From assembly GCA_038137215.1 (NCBI GenBank), contig JAYQBG010000004.1, forward strand, positions 7,650 to 71,649: a stretch of DNA of 64,000 bases, written 5' to 3'. Shown piece after piece: positions 29,074 to 38,943 of the stretch. Numbering within the stretch: position 1 is the stretch's first letter; the number at the start of each line of letters is the position of its first letter. The DNA is from Alphaproteobacteria bacterium (GTDB lineage Bacteria; Pseudomonadota; Alphaproteobacteria; UBA6615). Below the pieces are notes generated by a model that was not told the DNA's origin, searched no databases, and was given only the letters and a program-made list of their open reading frames with translations. The position numbers and the translations under genes were made by a program.

Positions 29074-29841
29074 TCAACAATCCGCGTTGCTGTCGTCTGC
29101 ACTCCCGGACGCGCGGGAAATCAGGACTTCGAGGCGTTCGCGGGCCGCAGGCAGACCGCGATCGAGCGGATCGAACGCGTGTCGGGCAAGGAAAAAGCCC
29201 GTAAGCTTCAGACCATCGGCAAAGTCCGCATCATCCGCCCCCGCACCCCGGCCATCCGGCCGCAAAAAACGGGGCAGAACGAGCATTCGCTCCCGATACG
29301 GGTGGCCGGCGGTTCTCGACACCGCCCGGCCCGAGCGTGGACTCACGTAGATCAGGTCCTCGACCTCGCCGGTGGATACGCAGGACGTCAGGTCCAGCCC
29401 GAAACCGAGTTCCTGGAGAAGCCCGAGCTCCCACTGGATATAAACCGCCGGCCAGATATCGAGCCCCGTATCCGACAACGCATCCAGAAGGACGCGGGTG
29501 GCTTCATACAACCCGGGATACGGCTCGCGCTCCGGGATCACCGCCTCAACCACCGCGCAGGCAGCCGACAAGGCGGCCAGACGCGCGGGCTCGTCCATGA
29601 ACTGCGCAGCCAGATGCCGCGTCGGCTCAATCGTATATCGGCCCAGATGCTCGTTGAGACGCGCACGCCAGACGGCGTCCACGAGATTGCCCGGCTCAAC
29701 CGTCCCGCGTTTGCTGCGGGATGCGCCGCCATGCATCAGGCCGGCATGGCGTCCGTGGTCACGGGTGAGCAACTGCACCACTGCAGCGCCTTCGCCATGC
29801 GGTCTGGCTGCCAGAACGATGCCTTCGTCACGCCATTCCAT
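29074..29841 (-). CDS. recO: DNA repair protein RecO
   Basis: MEWRDEGIVL, HGRHAGL, ARLNEHLG, ELGFGLDLTSC, YVSPRSGRAVS; follows era. Confidence 0.96.
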   Translation of the reverse strand: MEWRDEGIVLAARPHGEGAAVVQLLTRDHGRHAGLMHGGASRSKRGTVEPGNLVDAVWRARLNEHLGRYTIEPTRHLAAQFMDEPARLAALSAACAVVEAVIPEREPYPGLYEATRVLLDALSDTGLDIWPAVYIQWELGLLQELGFGLDLTSCVSTGEVEDLIYVSPRSGRAVSRTAGHPYRERMLVLPRFLRPDGRGAGADDADFADGLKLTGFFLARHAFDPLDRGLPAARERLEVLISRASGSADDSNADC

Positions 29842-29911
29842 AGAGTTTCACTCAACGGGGTTTGGCCGATCATGGAACACATTCCGCCGCGCCGGGGCAA
29901 TCCATACAGGT

Positions 29912-30814
29912 TCAGGCGTCGAAACGGAGACCCCATTCGCGAAAATGACCCGGGTCGTCGGCCCATTTTTCGCGGACCTTCACGCGGACAAACAGATGGA
30001 CCTGACGACCGAGCAATTCGGCGAGTTCTTCCTGTGCTTCTGCCCGTATGCGCTTGATCATCTGGCCTCCCTTGCCGACGACAATGCCCTTGTGGGAGTC
30101 CCGCGCCACCACGATGGCCTGTTCGACCCGGGCACTGCCATTGTCGAAGTCTTCCCAGCTCTCGGTTTCCACCGACAGGGCATAGGGCAGTTCCTGATGT
30201 AGATAGAGATAGGCTTTCTCGCGGGTCATCTCCGCGGCCAACAGGCGTTGCGGCAGGTCCGAAATTTCATCTTCCGGGAACAACCAGGGACCTTCCGGCA
30301 TGCGTTCAGCGAGCGCATCTTCGAGATCCTGAACGCCGCTGCCATTCAGAGCAGAGATCATGAAGGTCCGCTCGAACGACGCCAGTTCATTCAGTTCCTC
30401 CGCCAATGCCAGCAACGCTTCGCGGCGTACTGTATCCACCTTGTTGAGGACGAGTGTGGCCGCGACACCCCGCTCCTTCAGCCCCTCTGCAATCCGGCGC
30501 GTATCCTTGTCGATACCGCGTTTAACATCCACCAGCAGCAACAGGACATCCGCATCCGCGGTTCCGCTCCAGGCTGCATCAACCATGGCGCGGTCGAGAC
30601 GGCGTTTGGGCACAAAGATGCCGGGCGTATCCACATAGACAATCTGCGTATTGTCGTGGAGTGCAACACCCCGGACGCGTATTCGGGTCGTCTGCACCTT
30701 CGGCGACACGATCGACACCTTCGCACCCACAAGGCGATTTACGAGGGTGGATTTTCCGGCATTCGGTGCACCCAGCACCGAGACGATTCCGCAGCGGGTC
30801 GCGTCGTCAGGCAT
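29912..30814 (-). CDS. era: GTPase Era
   Basis: GAPNAGKST, QTTR, DTPG, NKVD, ELPY, VVGKGG KH domain. Confidence 0.97.
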   Translation of the reverse strand: MPDDATRCGIVSVLGAPNAGKSTLVNRLVGAKVSIVSPKVQTTRIRVRGVALHDNTQIVYVDTPGIFVPKRRLDRAMVDAAWSGTADADVLLLLVDVKRGIDKDTRRIAEGLKERGVAATLVLNKVDTVRREALLALAEELNELASFERTFMISALNGSGVQDLEDALAERMPEGPWLFPEDEISDLPQRLLAAEMTREKAYLYLHQELPYALSVETESWEDFDNGSARVEQAIVVARDSHKGIVVGKGGQMIKRIRAEAQEELAELLGRQVHLFVRVKVREKWADDPGHFREWGLRFDA

Positions 30815-31475
30815 CCTGTATCACTCCCAGACGCGTCAGCATAACTGCTGCCGCGTCCTGTTCTGCTGATCTTTTGTTCGGCCCCGTCGCCTGCGCCGGT
30901 TTCTGGTTTTCAATCAGAACCTCGACTGTGAAAACGGGGGCGTGGTCCGGACCGCTTCGCCCAACATCACGGTACACCGGCAAGGGATAGCCCTGCGCCT
31001 GCGACCATTCCTGGAGTGCGGTCTTTGCATCGCGCGGCGGACGCGAGCGCGTTTCGACCAAAGGGTCCCATGTCTTCCGAATAAAGCGCTCAGCCACTTC
31101 CATGCCACCATCGAGATAGAGCGCCGCAATCAAAGCCTCCACCATGTCGGCAAGGATGTTGTCGTTCATCACACCCGGCGAGATCCGGGCCGCCTGTTCG
31201 ATTCCGACCCCGGCCCCCACCTGTGCCAGCGTTTCAGCCTGCACCAGCGCGGCAAAGCGTCTCCCAATTTCGCCTTCGCTCTCGGCAGGAAATCGCTCGA
31301 GCAATAACTGCGCAATCACCAGCCCCAGAACGCGGTCACCGAGAAACTCCAGGCGCTCATACGAATTGTTGCCCGCGCTGCTCGAATGGCTCAGGGCCCG
31401 GATCAGCAAACCCCGATCGGCAAAGCGATGGCCCAGAGCACCACAGAGTTCATCGAGGAAATCGCGCCCCGGCAT
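30807..31475 (-). CDS. rnc: Ribonuclease III
   Basis: YERLEFLGDRVLGL, DMVEALIAALYLDGG, DAKTALQEW dsRBD. ATG 31475 overlaps the lepB stop. Confidence 0.97.
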   Translation of the reverse strand: MPGRDFLDELCGALGHRFADRGLLIRALSHSSSAGNNSYERLEFLGDRVLGLVIAQLLLERFPAESEGEIGRRFAALVQAETLAQVGAGVGIEQAARISPGVMNDNILADMVEALIAALYLDGGMEVAERFIRKTWDPLVETRSRPPRDAKTALQEWSQAQGYPLPVYRDVGRSGPDHAPVFTVEVLIENQKPAQATGPNKRSAEQDAAAVMLTRLGVIQDA

Positions 31476-32218
31476 CAATCGATGGAATCGAAGATACGAT
31501 TGAAACGGGTGGCCTCCGGCCATTTCCAAGGCTGTAACCAGCCCGCCGAACCATCGGTTGAGAAGAAGATGATTTCCGCCCGGCCCACAAAATTCTCAAA
31601 CGGCACAAAACCCCAGGACCGGCTGTCGTTACTGTCATCGCGATTGTCTCCGACAGCAAAGTAGTTCCCCGGTGGCACAACAAACTCACGGGTGTTGTCC
31701 GCGGGTCCGCGATCGCCCTGGGATTCGCGGATCGTATAGGTCTTGCCGTTGGGCAAGGTTTCCTCGTACTGCGCAACCCGCCGCACACTTCCGCGGAAAT
31801 CACGCGAGACGTGGTCCTCAATCCGCCGTCGCGGGACAACGGTCCCGTTCAAATAGAGCCGGCCGTCGATCATCTGAACGCGGTCCCCGGGCATCCCGAC
31901 AACCCGCTTGATGAAATCGTCACGATTGCTTGGGGGATGGCGAAAAACCGCCACATCACCGCGTTCCGGCTCACTGGCGAAAATCCGACCTGAAAAGAAC
32001 CCAAGCCCAAACGGCAGGGAATACCGGCTGTAGCCGTAGGAATATTTGGAGACGAAAAGGTAGTCACCGACCAGCAGGGTCGGGATCATCGACCCGGAAG
32101 GAATATTGAAGGGCTGAAACAACAGCGTCCGCACCACACCCGCAATCAGCAGGGCATAGATGATCGTACGCAAGGTCTCGAACGAACCGCCCGACTTCTT
32201 GTTTCTGTCTTTCGCCAT
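31475..32218 (-). CDS. lepB: Signal peptidase I
   Basis: FNIPSGSMIPTLLVGD, KRVVGMPGD, GDNRDDSNDSR. Confidence 0.97.
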   Translation of the reverse strand: MAKDRNKKSGGSFETLRTIIYALLIAGVVRTLLFQPFNIPSGSMIPTLLVGDYLFVSKYSYGYSRYSLPFGLGFFSGRIFASEPERGDVAVFRHPPSNRDDFIKRVVGMPGDRVQMIDGRLYLNGTVVPRRRIEDHVSRDFRGSVRRVAQYEETLPNGKTYTIRESQGDRGPADNTREFVVPPGNYFAVGDNRDDSNDSRSWGFVPFENFVGRAEIIFFSTDGSAGWLQPWKWPEATRFNRIFDSID

Positions 32219-32323
32219 GCCTTGGCCCTTAAGTATCAGTTTGGCGCGGGGAACGCGCGTTCTAACGGCATCGCATGGATTGCACCAGTCATGATTGATG
32301 CAACGCCACGCGGAAAGGACGGA

Positions 32324-32731
32324 TCAGTCGTCCAGATCCGGGATTGCGGAGATGATGACAATGGCCTGTGAGATGGGAGGTTCGTCGGTCAGGGACAATT
32401 CGATCAGCGGCTTCATGCCCGGTGGTGTGATCTCCGCAAGTCGCGCCGCAGCACCGTTTGTCAGCGCCAGGGTCGGCTTGCCCGATGGCAGATTGATCAC
32501 GCCCATATCTCGCCAGAAGACCCCTTTTCGAAACCCCGTCCCCAATGCCTTGGAACAGGCCTCCTTTGCGGCGTAGCGCTTGGCGTAGCTGTCTGCACGG
32601 TTCCGACGCCGGTCTGATTTCGCGCGTTCGGTTTCAGTGAAGCAACGTGCCGTGAACCGATCTCCGAAACGCTCGAGTGTCCGTTCAATCCGTGTGATAT
32701 CTATAAGGTCGCTGCCCAGCCCGATGATCAT
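32324..32731 (-). CDS. acpS: Holo-ACP synthase
   Basis: [30 protein letters not shown]. Confidence 0.96.
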   Translation of the reverse strand: MIIGLGSDLIDITRIERTLERFGDRFTARCFTETERAKSDRRRNRADSYAKRYAAKEACSKALGTGFRKGVFWRDMGVINLPSGKPTLALTNGAAARLAEITPPGMKPLIELSLTDEPPISQAIVIISAIPDLDD

Positions 32732-32763
32732 CGGATACATGGGAATCGCGGGACTTTCATCAC

Positions 32764-33531
32764 TCATGCAATGGCCTCGCCCAACGCTTCAGCCCGTGCC
32801 TTGTCCATCAATCGGCGCATCCGCTTGATGGAGCTATCGAGACCTTCGAAGATCGCTTCCCCGATCAGGAAATGCCCGATATTGAGTTCCTCGATCTCCG
32901 TGATTGCCGCGATGGGACCAACAGTGTCGAACGTGATGCCATGACCGGCATGCATTTTCAGGCCGATCTCAACGCCATAAGCCGTCGCATCGACAATACT
33001 GACCAGAAGACGCTCGGCCTCGGCTTCATGCCCCGCTATCAGGGCATCGCAATAGGCCCCGACATGGATTTCGACCGCGGGGGCGCCGATGGACCTGGAC
33101 GCCTCCAGTTGCGCCCGATCCGGCTCGATAAACATCGAGACGATGGCGCCACGCGCACCCAGGTCATCCACGAACCGCTTCAGATGATTGTGTCCCGACA
33201 CAACATCCAGTCCGCCTTCAGTAGTCCGCTCCTCGCGCCGCTCTGGCACGATGCAAACCGCATGCGGACCGTGCCGCAACGCGATGTCGAGCATCTCATC
33301 GGTCGCTGCCATCTCGAGCGTCAACGGAATATCAATGGCATCCAGCAGGCGCATCAGATCATCGTCGGAAATGTGACGCCGATCCTCCCGCAGATGCGCC
33401 ACGATACTGTCGGCACCGGCTTGCGCAGCCGTTCGCGCGGCACGCACAGGATCGGGATGACCGCCCCCGCGCGCATTCCGGATGGTTGCGACATGATCCA
33501 CGTTAACGCCAAGGCGCAATTCAGAAGTCAT
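32764..33531 (-). CDS. pdxJ: Pyridoxine 5'-phosphate synthase
   Basis: [42 protein letters not shown]. Confidence 0.97.
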   Translation of the reverse strand: MTSELRLGVNVDHVATIRNARGGGHPDPVRAARTAAQAGADSIVAHLREDRRHISDDDLMRLLDAIDIPLTLEMAATDEMLDIALRHGPHAVCIVPERREERTTEGGLDVVSGHNHLKRFVDDLGARGAIVSMFIEPDRAQLEASRSIGAPAVEIHVGAYCDALIAGHEAEAERLLVSIVDATAYGVEIGLKMHAGHGITFDTVGPIAAITEIEELNIGHFLIGEAIFEGLDSSIKRMRRLMDKARAEALGEAIA

Positions 33532-33604
33532 TGAACTGTCTCATGGTTTCGGGATGAGAAGATAAAATCGGACTTCGGGTCGGGAAGGTCAAGCGCTTCC
33601 AAGC

Positions 33605-35794
33605 TCAGCTTCGGGCCCGCTCGACCGAACTGATCGATTTCTGACCACGCAGCGTGGTCAAAATCGCGTTGAGATGCTTGGCGTCCTGAACCTCGATATC
33701 GACATCCATATCGAAGAAATCGGCCGTCCGATTGGTAAATTTTAGATTCGAGATATTGCCGCCCGATGCCGCAATGGTCGCCGCCAGCTCGGCCAGACTC
33801 CCCGGCTCGTTGACAAGAGTGACGGTCAGGCGGCTGACGAGTTCGCTACCGGCAACATCCGAATCGGGATCCCAGGACACATCGACCCAGCGTTCCGGAC
33901 TGTCCGCAAACGCTTCCAGCGTCATGCAATCGATCGTGTGGATCGTCGCCCCCTTGCCCGTGGTCATCACCCCGACGATCCGGTCTCCCGGAAGCGGGTA
34001 ACAACATTTCGCCATGTGAACAGCAATTCCGGGAGTCAGACCGCTGATCGGTATCGCGTGTTCCCCATCGGCCACGGGTGCGCGCTTTTTCCGTCGCAGG
34101 GAGAATATCGAACCCGAACTCTTCTTCGAGCTGCCCTCATCGGCTTCGTCGGGAAAGACCACGCGCGCCACATCTCGGCCGGTGTAAATTCCCTGCCCCA
34201 CCATCGCGTAAAGATCGCCGGGGGATTCGGCGTGGAACTCGGCCAGTGCGGTATCGAAGGTCGCGTCCTCTATTTTTTTGTCGTACCGGCCAAAAGCTTT
34301 CGCGACGATGCTGCGTCCCAAGTCAACATACTGACGCATCTCCACTTCGCGCAGCACACGACGAATACGCGCACGCGCCTTGCCAGTAACGACCAGTTTC
34401 TCCCAATCCGGCGACGGCGTCTGGTTCTTCGAGGTCAGAATTTCAACCTGATCGCCGTTCTGCAATGCCGTGCGCAGCGGCATGTTCCGGCCGTTGATCT
34501 TCGCCCCGACACATTTGTCCCCGATATCGGTGTGCACGGCATAGGCGAAATCGATCGGCGTGGCGCCGCGCGGCAGTGAAAACACTTCGCCCTTGGGCGA
34601 GAAGCAGAACACCTGGTCGGAAAACATTTCCAGGCGGGTATGGACCAGGAAGTCTTCCGGCGCTGCCGCGTTTTCGAGGATTTCAAGCAACTCCTGGAGC
34701 CAGCGGTACTGGCGGTTCTCTTCCTGCACAGCATCGGAAGCCGGCCCTGAGCCTATCTCCTTGTAAACCCAGTGCGCGGCCACGCCCCGTTCGGCAACAT
34801 CGTGCATCTCGGGCGTCCGCATCTGAATCTCGATCCGGTGGTCGGCCAACCCGACAACACCGGTGTGCAATGACCGGTAACCGTTCGGTTTGGGGGTCGA
34901 GATGTAGTCCTTGAACCGTCCCGGTACGACCTGATACCGGCCGTGCACCACGCCAAGCGCCTGGTAACAATCCGCCACGGTCGGCACGACAACCCGGAAC
35001 GCTATGATATCTGAAAGCTGTTCAACCGATGACTGGGTCCGTTGCATCTTGCGCCAGATCGAGTAGGGCGATTTCTCCCGTCCGGCGATATCTACTTCGA
35101 TCCCGGATTCTGCGAAGAGATCGCGAAGCTCTCCAAGGACAGCTTCCACAACGCTCTCACCCTCGTTGCGTAGAAACTCGAGGCGCGCCACGATCGAGTC
35201 CCGCGCATCGGGATAGAGCTCGCGAAACGCCAGGTCCTCCAGCTCATCCTTGATGTCGTGCATACCGATGCGCTCGGCCAAAGGCGCATAGATATCCATG
35301 GTTTCATGAGCGATCCGCCGCCGCCCTTCCTCTTTCTTCATATGGTCGAGCGTACGCATATTGTGGAGGCGATCTGCGAGCTTCACGAGAAGCACCCGGA
35401 TATCGCGGCTCATGGCCAGAAGCAGCTTGCGAAAGTTTTCAGCCTGTTTGGCCCGGTCCGACTGAAGCTCAAGCTGCGTCAGCTTGGTCACGCCGTCCAC
35501 AAGCTGGGCGATCTCCTCTCCGAAGAGTTCGGCAATCTGATCGCGGGTCGCGTCAGTGTCCTCGACCGTATCGTGCAACAGCGCGGTAATGATCGAGGCC
35601 GTATCCAGCCGATAATTGGTCAGGATACCGGCCACCTCGAGCGGGTGGCTGAAATAGGGGTCTCCGGAAGCGCGCTTCTGGGATCCATGCGCCTGCATGG
35701 CAAAGACATAGGCACGGTTGAGCGCCTCCTCATCCACGCTGGGATCGTAGGCGCGCACGCGTTCGACAAGTTCAAACTGACGCATCATGTGCAC
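33605..35794 (-). CDS. spoT: Bifunctional (p)ppGpp synthetase/hydrolase (long RSH)
   Basis: AHGSQKRASGDPYFSHP, LHDTVEDT, VKLADRLHNMRTL, KPNGYRSLHT, TGS and ACT domains. Confidence 0.97.
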   Translation of the reverse strand: MHMMRQFELVERVRAYDPSVDEEALNRAYVFAMQAHGSQKRASGDPYFSHPLEVAGILTNYRLDTASIITALLHDTVEDTDATRDQIAELFGEEIAQLVDGVTKLTQLELQSDRAKQAENFRKLLLAMSRDIRVLLVKLADRLHNMRTLDHMKKEEGRRRIAHETMDIYAPLAERIGMHDIKDELEDLAFRELYPDARDSIVARLEFLRNEGESVVEAVLGELRDLFAESGIEVDIAGREKSPYSIWRKMQRTQSSVEQLSDIIAFRVVVPTVADCYQALGVVHGRYQVVPGRFKDYISTPKPNGYRSLHTGVVGLADHRIEIQMRTPEMHDVAERGVAAHWVYKEIGSGPASDAVQEENRQYRWLQELLEILENAAAPEDFLVHTRLEMFSDQVFCFSPKGEVFSLPRGATPIDFAYAVHTDIGDKCVGAKINGRNMPLRTALQNGDQVEILTSKNQTPSPDWEKLVVTGKARARIRRVLREVEMRQYVDLGRSIVAKAFGRYDKKIEDATFDTALAEFHAESPGDLYAMVGQGIYTGRDVARVVFPDEADEGSSKKSSGSIFSLRRKKRAPVADGEHAIPISGLTPGIAVHMAKCCYPLPGDRIVGVMTTGKGATIHTIDCMTLEAFADSPERWVDVSWDPDSDVAGSELVSRLTVTLVNEPGSLAELAATIAASGGNISNLKFTNRTADFFDMDVDIEVQDAKHLNAILTTLRGQKSISSVERARS

Positions 35795-35820
35795 ATCATA
35801 GGCATGAAACCCCGTGGACG

Positions 35821-35852
35821 AAAAAGCCCGGACACAGGAATTGTGTCCGGGC
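35821..35852 (-). terminator. Intrinsic terminator between rpoZ and spoT
   Basis: Minus strand GCCCGGACACA-ATTCC-TGTGTCCGGGC-TTTTT. Confidence 0.75.
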
Positions 35853-35914
35853 CGTCATCGAATTCGCGAAAATATCGTGAGGTGCCGGGAACACCTCAGG
35901 CAACAGGGGTGGGT

Positions 35915-36307
35915 CTAGCTATCCGAGCTTTCGTCAACCGCATCCTCAAAACGCATCTGCGGCATATCCGGCTCCGCAGCTTCTTCACCATCGGCAACAG
36001 GAGCTTCAACTTCAACTCCGGGAATATTGCTCTCGGATTCCAGAAGTTCGATGACCTCGTCCTCTTCCGGCAGGTCGAACTCGACATGCTTTTGCTGCCC
36101 AACGATCAGGGCTTCCTGGAGGCCTTCGACATCCACGGTTTCATCTGCGATTTCGCGCAGGGCAATCACGGGGTTCTTGTCGTTGTCCCGCTCAACCGTG
36201 ATCGGTGCTCCGGCAGAAATCTCGCGGGCACGCTGACCGGCAACCATCACCAGGTCAAAACGGTTCGGAATACGTTCAATGCAGTCTTCAACTGTTACGC
36301 GGGCCAT
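35915..36307 (-). CDS. rpoZ: RNA polymerase omega subunit
   Basis: [30 protein letters not shown]; acidic tail; start at ATG 36307. Confidence 0.97.
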   Translation of the reverse strand: MARVTVEDCIERIPNRFDLVMVAGQRAREISAGAPITVERDNDKNPVIALREIADETVDVEGLQEALIVGQQKHVEFDLPEEDEVIELLESESNIPGVEVEAPVADGEEAAEPDMPQMRFEDAVDESSDS

Positions 36308-36378
36308 TCCACTATCTCCGGGGCCTAAATTTTGATTTTGACAGGTATATAGGCGCAAAAACGCCCAAAGCCAACCGT

Positions 36379-36882
36379 TTAGGCGCCATCGGCCTCCATC
36401 AGGGCCCTGATACCGGCAAGATCCGGGGCGTCCCGGACAAGCTCGGAGACCGACCGTCCCGAAACCGGGTGCCGCCAGTCCGGCGCAACATCCCGGAGCG
36501 GCACCAAGACGAACGCCCGCCCCTCCATGCGCGGGTGCGGCAGAACCGGCCAATCCGTGCTTATGGTCCCGTTGTGATCGAGCAGATCCACATCAAGCAC
36601 CCGTGCCGCGTTTGGCTCCCCCCGCGCGCGGCCAAAAGCATGTTCGATCCCGTGCAGCACCGTCATCAGGGGCCCCGGCTCCAGCTGCGTGTCCAGAGAA
36701 GCAACGATATTGACGAAATCGGGCTGATCGGAAGCCGGAACCGGGACTGTTGCATACCAGCGGGAGAACGCCGTGACCGTGATTCCGGCCTCTTCGATCG
36801 CCAAGAGTGCAGCGGCGAGCGTTTCGCGTGGCGGGCCATGTTTTTCACTGGGGAGGTTTGCTCCCAGAGCAATCAGAATCAT
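36379..36882 (-). CDS. folK: 2-amino-4-hydroxy-6-hydroxymethyldihydropteridine diphosphokinase
   Basis: [37 protein letters not shown]. Confidence 0.95.
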   Translation of the reverse strand: MILIALGANLPSEKHGPPRETLAAALLAIEEAGITVTAFSRWYATVPVPASDQPDFVNIVASLDTQLEPGPLMTVLHGIEHAFGRARGEPNAARVLDVDLLDHNGTISTDWPVLPHPRMEGRAFVLVPLRDVAPDWRHPVSGRSVSELVRDAPDLAGIRALMEADGA

Positions 36883-37059
36883 CTTGCCGGCCACACGAGT
36901 GGACGGCTTGGCGCGAGTGGCGTCGCCGCTGGACAGGCCCGGTCACGCAAGCTATCTAAAGCCGCATTCCCGCTGGCGGCACCGCTTCGCAGCAAAGATT
37001 TCAACCCAATTTCGATTTTTCTCACATCCACGAAGATTTTCAGACAAGGATTTAGACAC

Positions 37060-37707
37060 GTGCTCAAGACCGATGAAAAGACCGTCGTTTTTATAGACGG
37101 CGCCAATCTCTATGCAACTGCGCGCGGACTGGATTTCGATATCGACTACAAGAAGCTGCTCTCGCTTTTCCAGGAGCGTTCGAACCTGATCCGTGCCTAT
37201 TACTACACCGTCTTGATCGAAGATCAGGAGTATTCTCCGATCCGGCCGCTCGTGGACTGGCTCGACTACAATGGCTTTACCCTGGTGACCAAGCCCGCGA
37301 AGGACTTCACGGATTCGAACGGGCGCCGGCGCATCCGGAACTCCATCAGTGTCGATCTCGCTGTCGACATGATCGAGATCGCCGAACGGGTTGACCACAT
37401 TGTCCTGTTCTCCGGCGATGGCAGCTATCGCAGTCTTCTCGAAGCAGTGCAGCGGCGCGGCGCGCGCGTAACTGTCGTGAGCACTGTCGCGAACAGTTCG
37501 GCTACCATCGCCGACGAGTTGCGCCGGCAAGCCGACAGTTTCGTGGACCTGAATTCATTGCGTGACGATATCGCACGCGCGCGCAACAATCGTCCGGCCC
37601 AGACCGACGACGATGATGACGACGACTATTACGATGACGATTTTGACGATGAGGACGATTTCATCGGCGAAGAGGATGACGTGCAGACCGCCTCGGACCG
37701 GGGCTGA
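37060..37707 (+). CDS. NYN domain protein (LabA/DUF88) with an acidic tail
   Basis: VFIDGANLY, YYYT, DLAVDM, LFSGDG, ELRRQADSFVDL. GTG start at 37060 inside the over-extended ORF 36205..37707. Confidence 0.92.
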   Translation: MLKTDEKTVVFIDGANLYATARGLDFDIDYKKLLSLFQERSNLIRAYYYTVLIEDQEYSPIRPLVDWLDYNGFTLVTKPAKDFTDSNGRRRIRNSISVDLAVDMIEIAERVDHIVLFSGDGSYRSLLEAVQRRGARVTVVSTVANSSATIADELRRQADSFVDLNSLRDDIARARNNRPAQTDDDDDDDYYDDDFDDEDDFIGEEDDVQTASDRG

Positions 37708-37713
37708 CACACC

Positions 37714-38376
37714 GTGTCCGAACCCGTGAAACTCAACCCCGCCCCGGACTGCCTACTCTGTCCGCGCCTGGCAGACTTCCGCGCCCGGAATGCCAAGAAG
37801 TTCCCGAGCTTCCACAACGGGCCGGTGCCCAGCTTCGGAAGCCCGAATGCGCGCTTGCTGATTGTCGGGCTCGCACCGGGTCTGAAGGGGGCAAACCGGA
37901 CCGCCCGCCCCTTTACGGGCGACTACGCCGGCGACCTGCTCTATCCAACGCTGGAAAAATTCGGGTTCTCGCGCGGAACCTACAAGGCCGATCCGGATGA
38001 CGGCGTCGAACTGATCGACTGCCGCATCACAAACGCTGTCCGCTGCGTCCCACCCCAAAACAAGCCCGTCGGTGCCGAGGTGGTTGCCTGCCGGCCGTTC
38101 TTTGAATCCGAGATGGCCTCCATGCCGAACCTGGAGGTTGTGCTTGCCCTCGGCGGGCTCGCCCACAAGGCCACGCTGGCCACACTTGGCTACACACAGT
38201 CCGCCTTCAAGTTTGCCCACAACGTCTTCCACGACGTGCAGATCGGCGACCGGTTGCTGGTGCTGGCCAATAGCTATCACTGTTCACGCTACAACACGAA
38301 CACGGGGCGCCTGACGACCGAGATGTTCGAGGATGTGTTTACGGTTGTCCGCAGGCATCTCGACCGGCCGAACTGA
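37714..38376 (+). CDS. Uracil-DNA glycosylase (family 4/5, Fe-S type)
   Basis: CLLCPRL, GLAPGLKGANRT-RPFTGD, NAVRCVPPQNKP, SYHCSRYNTNTG. Confidence 0.92.
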   Translation: MSEPVKLNPAPDCLLCPRLADFRARNAKKFPSFHNGPVPSFGSPNARLLIVGLAPGLKGANRTARPFTGDYAGDLLYPTLEKFGFSRGTYKADPDDGVELIDCRITNAVRCVPPQNKPVGAEVVACRPFFESEMASMPNLEVVLALGGLAHKATLATLGYTQSAFKFAHNVFHDVQIGDRLLVLANSYHCSRYNTNTGRLTTEMFEDVFTVVRRHLDRPN

Positions 38377-38467
38377 AGGCATGTTTCCGGTCATTCACAC
38401 GGCCGCACCCGAAGAAGCCGACGGTGTAACCACCGGATTGACCGCTTAGAAGCCCGCCACAAGGTTC

Positions 38468-38481
38468 GTTTTAATTGTAAC
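38468..38481. promoter_or_regulatory. Imperfect palindrome, candidate autoregulatory MarR operator
   Basis: GTTTTAATTGTAAC (2 mismatches from GTTACAATTGTAAC), 15 bp upstream of the marR start. Confidence 0.3.
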
Positions 38482-38496
38482 CAATATCCGGCGGTC

Positions 38497-38943
38497 ATGC
38501 CTCATCTGGAGCTTGAGTCCTTCCTGCCCTATCGCTTGTCCGTGCTGGCCAATAAGGTCAGCAATGCGATCGCACGGGACTATGCCGATCGCTTCGGGAT
38601 CACCGTGCCGGAATGGCGGGTCATGGCTGTCCTGGGACGATTTGGCGCCGAAACGGCGACGGGCCTGTGCGAGCGGACCACCATGGACAAGGTCACCATC
38701 AGCCGCGCGACGGCCAGGTTGCTCTCGCGCGAATTTGTCTCACGAAAAACAGACCCCGGAGATCGGCGCCGGATCATCTTTGACCTGTCGCAGGCCGGAC
38801 GCCGCATTCACGACGAAATCGTCCCGGTCGCGCTTGCACATGAGAAGCGGCTCATGGCCGGCCTGAACGCGACAGAGGCCCGGCAACTCGACGGGTTACT
38901 CACCAAGCTTCAGCAACAATCGCTGGACCCGCCAACTAGATGA
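38497..38943 (+). CDS. MarR family regulator
   Basis: LESFLPYRLSVLAN, EWRVMAVL, MDKVTISRA, DRR. Confidence 0.92.
   Translation: MPHLELESFLPYRLSVLANKVSNAIARDYADRFGITVPEWRVMAVLGRFGAETATGLCERTTMDKVTISRATARLLSREFVSRKTDPGDRRRIIFDLSQAGRRIHDEIVPVALAHEKRLMAGLNATEARQLDGLLTKLQQQSLDPPTR

Noticed and set aside
36205-37059. 285-codon open extension upstream of the NYN gene (ORF 36205..37707), antisense to folK and rpoZ
   Set aside because: No recognisable motifs; it overlaps two real minus-strand genes; stop-poor frames are common at high GC; the NYN homology starts at about 37060.
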